64,000 bases of DNA from Chloroflexota bacterium (GTDB lineage: Bacteria; Chloroflexota; Dehalococcoidia; Dehalococcoidales; UBA2162), in the NCBI GenBank assembly GCA_016190825.1, contig JACPPV010000009.1, positions 65,328 through 129,327 on the forward strand. Reading direction: 5' to 3'. The notes beneath the pieces were generated by a model. It searched no databases and had not been told where the DNA came from. It saw only the letters and a program-made list of their open reading frames with translations. This document shows, one piece after another, positions 48,140-56,479 of the stretch (the first letter of the stretch is position 1; every line of letters starts with the position of its first letter). The translations under genes were made by a program, and so were the position numbers.

Positions 48140-48249
48140 GAAGGAAAAGCTGATCATACTGGGAAGTGTAAAGCAGGATAGTTTATTAGAAATGCAAAAT
48201 GACCCCTGGCCGATGTTGGTTTAACCGTATTATTTAAGGAGTGCTGAAT

Positions 48250-48444
48250 ATGCAGATAAGTAAGATAAGTAATTGTAGTTGTGGGAGCACCGACTTTCTC
48301 GTAATAACGGAAAAACTATATGAGGGATCTGTTGAGGATGGGGTGTTGAAGTGCGAGCCGGATAGCGAAGGTATCATGGAGATCCAATGTAGACAATGCC
48401 AAAAACAATATGATGTTAGCTCGTTTGAAGACATAGATTATTGA
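48250..48444 (+). CDS. Small Zn-ribbon-like protein (64 aa)
   Basis: AAGGAG (48236-48241) lies 8 nt upstream of the ATG at 48250; the track GTG at 48241 abuts the SD. Cys pattern: CSCG ... C ... CRQC. Confidence 0.5.
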   Translation: MQISKISNCSCGSTDFLVITEKLYEGSVEDGVLKCEPDSEGIMEIQCRQCQKQYDVSSFEDIDY

Positions 48445-49061
48445 CACTGGAATTAGAAATGAGCGTGAAAACAGACAATGATGTCCTCACAGAGATAACA
48501 AAGTTCTTTGAGCAGATTTTTGTATTAAAAAGAAAAGGTAATGAATATGCTTATGCAGATTACAAAGTTGAATGGCTGGAGCAACTGGGTTTGTCCGCTT
48601 CTGATGGGGATGAATCCAAAACATCACGGACCACAAAGAAATTACAGGAACACCTGAAAAACAAGTTTGGTGAGAGATTGAGTGTAGAAGCGCCTGTTGC
48701 AAAGGGAATGACTCTAAGATTTGCATCTGATAAGCTGAATGCTATAGAACGTATTGATATTGACTCGAATAAGTTGCAGGCTTTTGACATTTTAGATATT
48801 GAAACGGGGACAGCGTTTGAAGTCAGTCTGTCAGATGCCTTCGCTGAATTCTTCAAAGATGTTCTGAAGTCTTTATTGGATTCGCGAGTCAAGACACTCT
48901 ATATTTGTATGAGAAACCACAGTTACAAAGGTTCCAAAAAGAGCGGCTATTTAAAGCTAAGAGACTCGCCGATGGTTCAACAGTATATAAGTCTCGCAAA
49001 GCTTTATAAACTGGACATATATTTGGTCGATTTATTTCCTAAATGTAATGAGACATTGTAA
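48441..49061 (+). CDS. Hypothetical protein, possibly BamHI/BglII-like restriction-endonuclease fold (weak)
   Basis: TTGA start/stop overlap with the upstream gene. FDILDIETGTAFEVSLSDAFAEFFKDVLKSLL...LYICM...LDIYLVDL loosely parallels [27 protein letters not shown]...VEIVP...IPVLILGI of the BglII-like enzyme at 52359. Confidence 0.4.
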   Translation: MTLELEMSVKTDNDVLTEITKFFEQIFVLKRKGNEYAYADYKVEWLEQLGLSASDGDESKTSRTTKKLQEHLKNKFGERLSVEAPVAKGMTLRFASDKLNAIERIDIDSNKLQAFDILDIETGTAFEVSLSDAFAEFFKDVLKSLLDSRVKTLYICMRNHSYKGSKKSGYLKLRDSPMVQQYISLAKLYKLDIYLVDLFPKCNETL

Positions 49062-49084
49062 ATTTCTTGGTAGGTCGATAATTG

Positions 49085-49515
49085 GATGGGTTCCCTAAAT
49101 TCGACAAGTTGTTAAGAGCGGCCTAAAATCCGTAGGCTATCAAGCAGAGACACCGAAAACGATAACAGGAAAAAGCAAAGCGACCGGTTATCCGGATATA
49201 GAATTCATCGACGAATTTGGGCGTTCAAATTACCTTGAGTGCAAGACCTACAATATAGAAAATATTTCTACTACGATGAGGTCATTCTATTTATCGCCTT
49301 CTGAAGAGTTCAAGATTACCAAAGACGCGCACCACATCGTAGTCTCTTTTGAGGCATTCGTTGCTGGTAATAAGAGAGGGAAATACATCTTCAAATGTAG
49401 AAGCTGGAAAATAATTTCCCTGGAGAAACTCCTGGTTGACGTTAAATACGAGTTTAATTCGGATAATAAGAGGCTATATTCACCTGATTTGGTATTGGCT
49501 GAAGGGAAATTGTGA
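49085..49515 (+). pseudogene. PD-(D/E)xK nuclease-like ORF lacking an in-frame canonical start (frameshifted or non-canonical initiation)
   Basis: The frame is open from 49099 to 49515 and encodes ...KATGYPDIEFIDEFGRSNYLECKTYN... (PD at 49192-49197, ExK at 49237-49245). The first in-frame ATG/GTG/TTG is only at 49276, downstream of the motif. An ATG at 49085 lies in a different frame and stops at 49112-49114. Confidence 0.5.
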
Positions 49516-49560
49516 CAGCGCAGTTTCCCTACAACAAGAGGTGATCAGTCAAATAGCCCG

Positions 49561-49589
49561 TTGATAAACCATACGGAAACGTGTTTATT
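49561..49589 (+). promoter_or_regulatory. Degenerate promoter copy TTGATA-17-TTTATT immediately upstream of mutL
   Basis: 24/31 identical to 48111-48141, with a 12-nt perfect core ACGGAAACGTGT. The -10 ends 8 nt before the mutL ATG and there is no SD. Confidence 0.45.
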
Positions 49590-49597
49590 GAGATAAC

Positions 49598-51304
49598 ATG
49601 CCCATCAAACTCTTAGACCCCCAGGTAGTTGCCCGGATAGCCGCCGGGGAGGTGGTGGAGAGGCCGGCCTCGGTGGTGAAGGAGCTGGTGGAGAACGCCC
49701 TGGATGCCGGCGCCACTCAGGTCACGGTGGAGGCGGCAGGCGGTGGGATAAGCCTTATCCGGGTGACGGATAACGGGGTCGGGATTCCCGCCAACGAAGT
49801 CGAGCTTGCCTTTCAACGCCACGCCACCAGCAAGATTGCCAGCCTGGTTGATTTAGAATCGATTTCCACCCTGGGCTTTCGCGGTGAGGCGCTGGCCAGC
49901 CTTATCGCCGTGGGCGAGGTGGAGCTTGCCACCTGCGCCGCTGGCGAGACCGCCGGCAGCTATCTCCACCTGGTAGATGGCGAAATAGTCGACCGCACCC
50001 CGCAGGGACGGAGCCGGGGGACGACCATCACGGTGAGAGGCCTGTTCCACAACGTTCCCGCGCGACTTAAGTTCTTGAAGTCGACTGCCACCGAAGGCGG
50101 GCACATCGCTGCCGTGGTCACGCACTATGCCCTCGCCTATCCGGAGGTGAGGTTTACCCTTTCCGTTGATCGGCGGACGACATTGTCTACGCCGGGAAAC
50201 GGACGGCTTATCGACTGCGTGGTGGAGGTCTACGGCGCGGACACGGCACGGGGCATGATCGAGCTCAGGCGGGATAATAGCTGGGACGGAGCCGGGCAGG
50301 ATACCGTCGCCGTCACCGGACTGGTTGGGTCGCCGGCCGTCAGCCGCTCGAACCGCAACTACCTCAGCTGTTTTGTTAACCGGCGCTGGGTGAACAGTCG
50401 ACTTCTTACCTGGGCGCTGGAGGAAGCCTATCATGGGCTGTTGATGACCGGCAAACACCCGGCGGCGGTCCTGAACATTTCAATCCCGCCCGGGGAGGTC
50501 GATGTCAATATCCATCCGGCCAAGATGGAGGTAAAGTTCCGCGATGAACGCCGCGTTTTCGCCGCGGTGCAGAGGTTGGTGCGGCGCGCCCTCATTGAAC
50601 CGGTTTCTCTGCCCCGCATCGAGGACCCCGCCGCCACCTATGCCGCACCGACTTCATCCCTCTCTACCCGGCCATTGCCTGCAGAAAAGGTGGAGCGACC
50701 TTCCGGCCTGCCACTTGCGCGTCCCGTTCCCGCTTTCGCACTGCCGGCATTGCGACCCCTCGGGCAGGTGGCTGGCTGCTACATCGTGGCCGAGGGACCG
50801 GACGGACTGTACCTCATCGATCAGCATGCCGCCCATGAGCGGGTGCTTTTCGAGCAGATCGTTGGGCAGCGGGCGCAACGCCAGTTGGAAGTGCAGGGAC
50901 TGCTTGAGCCGCAGACATTCGAGGTCAGCCCGGCACAGAATGCCGCGCTTCTTTCCCGGCTCGACGAACTGGCCGGATTTGGATTTACCCTGGAGCCTTT
51001 CGGTGAGCGCGCCTACCTGGTGAGGGCGGTCCCTGCGTTTCTCAACCGGAAGGACTGGATGGCTGTGCTACGGGAAATAGCCGATTCCCCCGGTGGCGGA
51101 GAAGACTGGTCGGAGAGGACGACCGCGTCCATTGCCTGCCACAGCGCCGTTCGGGCGGGGCAGACATTGGGTGACGACGAGATGCGGGCGCTGCTGAGAC
51201 AACTAGAGCAGACGGCGCTGCCCAGCACCTGCCCGCACGGTCGACCCACCATGCTCCATCTCAACTCCGCTTATCTGGAGCGGGAGTTCGGCCGGAGGGG
51301 GTAA
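49598..51304 (+). CDS. mutL: DNA mismatch repair protein MutL (endonuclease-type)
   Basis: N-terminal GHKL ATPase (VVKELVENALDAG, TDNGVGI) and the C-terminal endonuclease motif DQHAAHERVLFE. Confidence 0.95.
   Translation: MPIKLLDPQVVARIAAGEVVERPASVVKELVENALDAGATQVTVEAAGGGISLIRVTDNGVGIPANEVELAFQRHATSKIASLVDLESISTLGFRGEALASLIAVGEVELATCAAGETAGSYLHLVDGEIVDRTPQGRSRGTTITVRGLFHNVPARLKFLKSTATEGGHIAAVVTHYALAYPEVRFTLSVDRRTTLSTPGNGRLIDCVVEVYGADTARGMIELRRDNSWDGAGQDTVAVTGLVGSPAVSRSNRNYLSCFVNRRWVNSRLLTWALEEAYHGLLMTGKHPAAVLNISIPPGEVDVNIHPAKMEVKFRDERRVFAAVQRLVRRALIEPVSLPRIEDPAATYAAPTSSLSTRPLPAEKVERPSGLPLARPVPAFALPALRPLGQVAGCYIVAEGPDGLYLIDQHAAHERVLFEQIVGQRAQRQLEVQGLLEPQTFEVSPAQNAALLSRLDELAGFGFTLEPFGERAYLVRAVPAFLNRKDWMAVLREIADSPGGGEDWSERTTASIACHSAVRAGQTLGDDEMRALLRQLEQTALPSTCPHGRPTMLHLNSAYLEREFGRRG
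51265..51304 (+). repeat. Left copy of a perfect 40-bp direct repeat (last 13 codons of mutL, including the stop)
   Basis: ctccgcttatctggagcgggagttcggccggagggggtaa, identical to 52930-52969. Confidence 0.95.
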
Positions 51305-51372
51305 AAACTCGTGTGTTTGAAGTTGACTATCTGTTTGTGGCAAGAGTCTAAGTGTATAATTGAGAGAACGGC

Positions 51373-52359
51373 TTGAGTATGACGTCAGATTCGCAGCGAG
51401 AAAAAGTTTTGACATCTCCGGATTTTATGCCCAGAATCGACGCTGAGTATATACAAGCTTCATCTATCATCGCGCATGTTGGCGATACGCTACCTTTCCT
51501 ACAGACCATCCCGACAGGTTTGTTTCGCCTCATTATGACGTCTCCCCCTTATAATCTCGGAAAGGCGTATGAAAAACCCAAAGCACTGAGCGAATATCTT
51601 GAGGAACAGGGAAACGTAATCCAAGAGCTCATCCGATGTCTTGCCGACGATGGTAGCCTTTGTTGGCAGGTAGGAAACTTCGTTCAGGATGGCGAAGTCT
51701 TTCCTCTCGACACCTTGTTCTATCCCATATTCAAACGAAATGGTTTGAAGTTGCGCAATCGGATTATCTGGCAGTTTGGACATGGACTCCACGCATCTCG
51801 CCGTTTCTCAGGAAGATATGAGACTTTGCTCTGGTTCACGAAATCAAACAATTATGTCTTCAATCTCGATAAAGTGCGGGTTCCCGCAAAGTATCCCGGA
51901 AAAACATTTTACAAAGGACCTAACAAGGGTAAGCCTTCTGGAAACCCTTTGGGAAAGAATCCCTCTGATGTTTGGACGTTTCTAGCTGAGGAATGGGAGA
52001 ATCAAGTCTGGGAGATTCCCAATGTTAAATCTAATCACCCTGAGAAGACCATACATCCCTGCCAGTTTCCGGTGGAACTTGTTGAGCGCTGCGTTCTGGC
52101 TCTGACGAATGAGAACGACTGGGTATTCGATCCATATATGGGAGTTGGTTCCGCGTTGATCGGTGGGCTTTTGCACGACCGGAAGGTCGCTGGCTGCGAC
52201 AGGGAACACCTGTATGTCGAAATCGCCAGGAATCGGATTAGAGATCTTTTCCTGGGTCGTCTCAAAGTGAGAAAAATGGGGACACCGATATACGTTCCAA
52301 CCGGGCGAGAGAGAGTATCCCAGATTCCCATCGAGTGGCCAAAAGGAGAAGCACAATAG
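51373..52359 (+). CDS. Beta-class N4-cytosine/N6-adenine DNA methyltransferase (M.BglII-like)
   Basis: Motif IV SPPY (51541-51552) precedes motif I VFDPYMGVGSA near the C-terminus, giving the beta-class order. The start is either TTG at 51373 or ATG at 51379. Confidence 0.88.
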   Translation: MSMTSDSQREKVLTSPDFMPRIDAEYIQASSIIAHVGDTLPFLQTIPTGLFRLIMTSPPYNLGKAYEKPKALSEYLEEQGNVIQELIRCLADDGSLCWQVGNFVQDGEVFPLDTLFYPIFKRNGLKLRNRIIWQFGHGLHASRRFSGRYETLLWFTKSNNYVFNLDKVRVPAKYPGKTFYKGPNKGKPSGNPLGKNPSDVWTFLAEEWENQVWEIPNVKSNHPEKTIHPCQFPVELVERCVLALTNENDWVFDPYMGVGSALIGGLLHDRKVAGCDREHLYVEIARNRIRDLFLGRLKVRKMGTPIYVPTGRERVSQIPIEWPKGEAQ

Positions 52360-52928
52360 TGAGAATAGTCGCCTCGTATTCGTTCAGGGGAGGAGAAAGA
52401 GCGGTCAAAAGGAAGCACAAGGATTCCCTTGCCGAGATTACGGCTGTAATCGAAGCGGTAAACTCCGATGAGCATAAGACGAAAGCCAGTAGAGAAAAAA
52501 CTATGCCTGGTAGAATACTGTATAGTCCAAGATCATTAAATGCCGCGTTCAAATCAGAGTTTGAAGCCGCTGGATGGCAGAAAAAGAAGGTGAATTGCGA
52601 ATATCCCACTCAGTTTTATGTTAAGGGATACACTCCCACGCATAACGCCAAAGGCGCCTTCCGTGAGATGGATTTCCTCAAGGGAAAGTTAGGGGTAGAG
52701 GTACAATTTGGTAAGTATGCATTCATGGTTTATAACGTTTGCGCCAAGATGACAATATTCCAGAAAATGGGCTTCATCGACACTGGCGTCGAAATAGTCC
52801 CGGTCAAGAGTTTCGCCGACCAGATGTCCACAGGAGTCTCGTATTTTGAGCAGTTTGTGTGGGATTTGGAAGCTCGTGGCGTTTCAAACATAGACATTCC
52901 TGTTCTTATCTTGGGTATCGACCGATGA
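52359..52928 (+). CDS. Type II restriction endonuclease, BglII family-like
   Basis: [20 protein letters not shown] has D, E(+9), Q(+11) spacing. That equals the D84/E93/Q95 spacing I recall for BglII (DIDFGKRDTLVEVQFSNYPF). GTG at 52359 overlaps the methylase TAG, with AAGGAG 10 nt upstream. The track start at 52335 is an alternative. Confidence 0.72.
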   Translation: MRIVASYSFRGGERAVKRKHKDSLAEITAVIEAVNSDEHKTKASREKTMPGRILYSPRSLNAAFKSEFEAAGWQKKKVNCEYPTQFYVKGYTPTHNAKGAFREMDFLKGKLGVEVQFGKYAFMVYNVCAKMTIFQKMGFIDTGVEIVPVKSFADQMSTGVSYFEQFVWDLEARGVSNIDIPVLILGIDR

Positions 52929-52929
52929 G

Positions 52930-52969
52930 CTCCGCTTATCTGGAGCGGGAGTTCGGCCGGAGGGGGTAA
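52930..52969 (+). repeat. Right copy of the perfect 40-bp direct repeat
   Basis: Identical to 51265-51304 and followed by gttccaagaag... leading into rnhA. Confidence 0.95.
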
Positions 52970-53001
52970 GTTCCAAGAAGACCAGCAGGGGGAGCCTTAT
53001 C

Positions 53002-53484
53002 ATGACCCAAGTTAAACAGATTGCTATTCATGTCGATGGAGCCTGTACGGGCAATCCCGGGCCGGGCGGATACGGAGTCATTCTTGACTACCAGGGCTAC
53101 AGGAAAGAAATCTCCGGTGGCTTCAGAATGACTACCAATAACCGTATGGAAGTTATGGGAGTCGTCGTTGCCCTGGAGTCGCTGAAGGGGCCGTGCGAAA
53201 CGACCATTTACAGTGACTCACAGTATCTAGTCCGCGCAATGACGGAAGGCTGGGCCAGGCGGTGGAAAGCGAATAACTGGAGGCGCAACAAAAAGGACAA
53301 AGTATTGAATCCCGACCTATGGGACCGATTGCTCAACCTCTGCGATCGGCATCGGACCAGTTTCATCTGGGTGAAAGGACATAACGCGAACCCGGAAAAT
53401 GAGCGGTGTGACCAGCTTGCCACTGAAGCTGCCGGAAAGCACAATCTTCCCGCGGACCCGGGCTATGAGAGCATCAGGGCTTAG
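53002..53484 (+). CDS. rnhA: Ribonuclease HI
   Basis: [30 protein letters not shown] and [18 protein letters not shown] motifs. Confidence 0.95.
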   Translation: MTQVKQIAIHVDGACTGNPGPGGYGVILDYQGYRKEISGGFRMTTNNRMEVMGVVVALESLKGPCETTIYSDSQYLVRAMTEGWARRWKANNWRRNKKDKVLNPDLWDRLLNLCDRHRTSFIWVKGHNANPENERCDQLATEAAGKHNLPADPGYESIRA

Positions 53485-53611
53485 AGCCTGGACCAATCTG
53501 AGGGCAAGTTCTTCCCGGCGGAATGGTCCAACATCCCTGCTTTGTCCTGGTCTTCGAAATGAACCTGGCGACACAGAACATGGCACCACGTTATATTGAG
53601 TTCAGTGATGC

Positions 53612-54463
53612 ATGAAACAAAAACAGATGTTTGACGCCTTTTACTGGGCCATCCTGATTCTTGTCACTTCCCAGGTACTGGCTTTCTATATCTCCTTTCG
53701 CGAGAAGGTCTTCTTCGAGGAGAACCGGATCGTCTCACCGGAGCTGTCCGTCGGCGTACCGCTAATCTACTTTTTTTCTGCTGCCGCCGTGCTGGGCATC
53801 ATACTTTTCCTGATACCTGTTTCCAGGCTGAAGATAGTTCTCAGGTTCCTTTACGCCTTCCTCTTTTCATGGAGCATATTCATCGCCTTCGCCTTTTCAG
53901 TGCCGACACCGGCAGCAATTCTTCTTGCCGTCATTCCGGCGCTTGTCTGGATCGTAAGACCGGTTATCTGGCTGCACGACCTGCTGATGGTCTCCAGCAT
54001 GAGCGCCGCCGGCGCGGTCTTTGGATTCCTGTTCGCTCCATGGACCTTTATGGTGTTCATGCTGATTATCGCCGTCTATGACATTGCGGCAGTCCGCTTC
54101 GGCTACATGCTCTGGCTGGCCGGAAAACTGTCCGAGGGTGATACCCTGCCCGCCTTTGTCATTCCAAAACAACTTTCACAGTGGAATCAAAGTCTCAGAA
54201 AAGCAAGAATTGATGGAGAAGTTGAGTCCGAGTTTTCGATACTGGGAGGCGGAGATATCGCCCTTCCTCTGGTCCTGACCGTCTCCGTCTTTTTCAGCGA
54301 TGGATTCGCCAACGCCCTGGTTATGGGCGGTTTTTCCGTTATCGGCCTCAGCGGGGCATACTGGATACAGCGCTTCTTACTTAATGGAAAACCTATGCCG
54401 GCCATTCCGCCGATTGCCGCCGCCTGCCTGATCGGACTTTTGACCCTGCGCTTTTTACTGTAG
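53612..54463 (+). CDS. Presenilin/signal-peptide-peptidase-type (GxGD) intramembrane aspartyl protease homolog
   Basis: Polytopic membrane protein with IAVYDIAAV (YD motif), ILGGGDIALP (GxGD motif) and a PAI(P) element at the PAL position near the C-terminus. Confidence 0.72.
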   Translation: MKQKQMFDAFYWAILILVTSQVLAFYISFREKVFFEENRIVSPELSVGVPLIYFFSAAAVLGIILFLIPVSRLKIVLRFLYAFLFSWSIFIAFAFSVPTPAAILLAVIPALVWIVRPVIWLHDLLMVSSMSAAGAVFGFLFAPWTFMVFMLIIAVYDIAAVRFGYMLWLAGKLSEGDTLPAFVIPKQLSQWNQSLRKARIDGEVESEFSILGGGDIALPLVLTVSVFFSDGFANALVMGGFSVIGLSGAYWIQRFLLNGKPMPAIPPIAAACLIGLLTLRFLL

Positions 54464-54559
54464 CCTGGGACCCATTTCCGAAGGCTCAGCGAATGGCGTT
54501 GTCAAACACTCTCTCCTTCTGGTTTGCGCTTGAAGGTCGGTTAGTTATACGATGGGATA

Positions 54560-55837
54560 GTGCAGAGAAAATTTGTCGTGGGTCTGGCGCTATTGCTTCT
54601 CCTGGTGCTGGCGGCCGGTCAGAGTCCAAGGTCTGATTTCGACCGTACACTCAGTCTGACGGTGAAACCATACCGTTTTGGCCTGGCAGGGTGGGAAGCC
54701 AGGACCATAGTGGGGTGGCTGGGAGAAAGAATCTGGAAACCAAACGGGCGGATTGAAGGCGACACCGAAGCAGTTCTCAGATACGTCGAGCTGGGGAATC
54801 GCATAAAGGCGATTACAGCCGGAACAGGGAGGGAAGTAGCTGCTCATCCGGAGCTCGAAACGCTGCAGCGGGAGCGGTCGGCGCGGGCATACGTGGTTGA
54901 AGTTACTCTGGAACGGCAGATACGCGATGCACTCTCGGATGAAGGCATCTATCACCCGTGGGACGCGCGACTCGGCATAAAGGCAGGTTTTCCTCCGGTC
55001 AACTTTGAACTGCAAAGGCCGCCCCATCTCCTGGTAGTCTCGCGCAGGGACAGAATAGAGACACTGAAAACTGTCCTGCTGAAGAGCGACCTCGATGTGC
55101 CATCGATGGTGGGAATCGAAGTCGGGGTTGATAGCCCGAACATATCTTCGCTGGTCGTGAACCTGGGTGGATTCGGCGCCTTCCCCAGCATCGTGAGCGG
55201 AGACTCAGGTCTGCACTACGTCGTGGAAACTGCCGTGCATGAGTGGGTACATCAGTATTTGGCCTTTCGACCGCTCGGCTTCCGCTATCTGCTGCAGGTT
55301 TCGGGAATAAGGCACGACCCGGACATAGTCGCCATTAATGAGACAGTGGCGAATATTGTTGGGAAAGAGATCGGCGCCACCGTTATGCAGCGCTACTACT
55401 CCGAATATGGGTTCACCGGCTACTCATCCGCCGTGCCGGGGGCGTTCGATTTCGACCGCGAGATGCGGGACATCCGGAAAACAGTTGATGAGTATCTGTC
55501 CAGCGGCGATATTGATGAAGCCGAGAAGTTTATGCGCGAAAAGCGCGACTACCTGGCAATACAGGGCTATCATATCAGAAAGCTGAACCAGGCTTATTTC
55601 GCCTTTAACGGGCAGTACGCCGATGTCTCCGCCTTTATCAGCCCTATCGGCACTGAACTCAACGAGCTAAGGGCCAGGAGCACCTCCTTGGCAGAGTTCC
55701 TGACGGTCGCCTCATCGATAACGGGTCGAGATGATCTCAGAACGCTGGTAGCAAGCGACAATTGCGAAGTTACCAGTAACAACAGCCAAGTAGCAAGTAA
55801 TAATAACCCCGAAGTGACAACTGATACGTTCAAATAG
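54560..55837 (+). CDS. Signal-anchored hypothetical protein with an HExxH motif (putative metallopeptidase)
   Basis: N-terminal hydrophobic segment VVGLALLLLLVLAAG, AVHEWVHQY in the central region, and a low-complexity N/S/T-rich tail. No family recognised. Confidence 0.5.
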   Translation: MQRKFVVGLALLLLLVLAAGQSPRSDFDRTLSLTVKPYRFGLAGWEARTIVGWLGERIWKPNGRIEGDTEAVLRYVELGNRIKAITAGTGREVAAHPELETLQRERSARAYVVEVTLERQIRDALSDEGIYHPWDARLGIKAGFPPVNFELQRPPHLLVVSRRDRIETLKTVLLKSDLDVPSMVGIEVGVDSPNISSLVVNLGGFGAFPSIVSGDSGLHYVVETAVHEWVHQYLAFRPLGFRYLLQVSGIRHDPDIVAINETVANIVGKEIGATVMQRYYSEYGFTGYSSAVPGAFDFDREMRDIRKTVDEYLSSGDIDEAEKFMREKRDYLAIQGYHIRKLNQAYFAFNGQYADVSAFISPIGTELNELRARSTSLAEFLTVASSITGRDDLRTLVASDNCEVTSNNSQVASNNNPEVTTDTFK

Positions 55838-55890
55838 CAAGTAACGATAGCCAAAGAGAGGGTCATTGAAGGGGGAGGCGTCTGGTTTTG

Positions 55891-55919
55891 CAGTCTTGGG
55901 ATTGAGACTGTTGTTTTTT
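55891..55919 (+). terminator. Weak intrinsic-terminator-like hairpin with a T tract
   Basis: CAGTCT (55891-55896) pairs with AGACTG (55905-55910), followed by TTGTTTTTT (55911-55919). Confidence 0.35.
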
Positions 55920-55927
55920 GTATCTTG

Positions 55928-56479
55928 TTACTTGCGTCTTGTTAATTGTGTTCCGGCTGCCTCCAGCATTCCTTTCAGCACATGCAGCAGTATCTCTTCC
56001 TGCGTGCGATGCTGGTCAATAAGCTGGCAGAGATCGTAGACCGATTTCTCCATGCGCAATTTGTGAGCTATTTTTTCCTCATTATTCATTCCATCAAACA
56101 GGAGAGCGAGCGCTGACCTCGTCCGAAGAAGGTGTCTCTGTATTTTTCGATGTATCTTCGAAAGCGCCTGCAAAATAGCTTCACCCAGTAAAGGTCGCAG
56201 GTTTTCTTCCTCGAAGCGGAAATGGTTCTTCATTCCGTCATACAACGAGGTAATGGTCTCTTCCAGCCGTTTTTGTCTATCGATGAGGGTCTCAACGGAG
56301 CTTTCTGTCCATTCGGAATATATTCGTTGCAGGTTAAAAAGCGCCTCGAGGTCACTCATCCGCTCGCCCGCCAGCTTCAAGCCGTACAGCACCGCCCGGT
56401 GCTCGTCAATCAGGAGGTCGATAGTGGCCAGATGCCCGGCAATACCCTTTTCCCCGCTGCTTCTTTGCTTTGATATCAA
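55928..56479 (-). CDS. Hemerythrin/HHE-like domain protein, paralog 2
   Basis: HFRFEEENLRPLL...IHRKI and IDQHRTQEEILL follow the H..EE..L.P...H pattern. 4-nt overlap with the upstream paralog. Confidence 0.55.
   Translation of the reverse strand: MISKQRSSGEKGIAGHLATIDLLIDEHRAVLYGLKLAGERMSDLEALFNLQRIYSEWTESSVETLIDRQKRLEETITSLYDGMKNHFRFEEENLRPLLGEAILQALSKIHRKIQRHLLRTRSALALLFDGMNNEEKIAHKLRMEKSVYDLCQLIDQHRTQEEILLHVLKGMLEAAGTQLTRRK

Larger units (their letters stand above)
51305..52929 (+). mobile_element. R-M gene cassette bounded by the 40-bp direct repeats (no recombinase)
   Basis: The cassette starts right after the mutL TAA. The REase stop (52926-52928) is 1 nt from the right repeat. It has its own TATAAT at 51355-51360 and is AT-richer than its flanks by eye. 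Confidence 0.55.

Noticed and set aside
49085-49114. Programmed -1 ribosomal frameshift joining ATG 49085 to the PD-(D/E)xK frame
   Set aside because: There is no X XXY YYZ slippery heptamer and no downstream structure in the 28-nt overlap. A simple indel or an assembly error is more parsimonious.
51323-51360. Full -35/-10 promoter for the R-M cassette
   Set aside because: TATAAT (51355-51360) is clear. The candidate -35 hexamers (TTGACT at 51323, TTGTGG at 51335) are at 26- and 14-nt spacing, so only the -10 is reported, within the cassette evidence.
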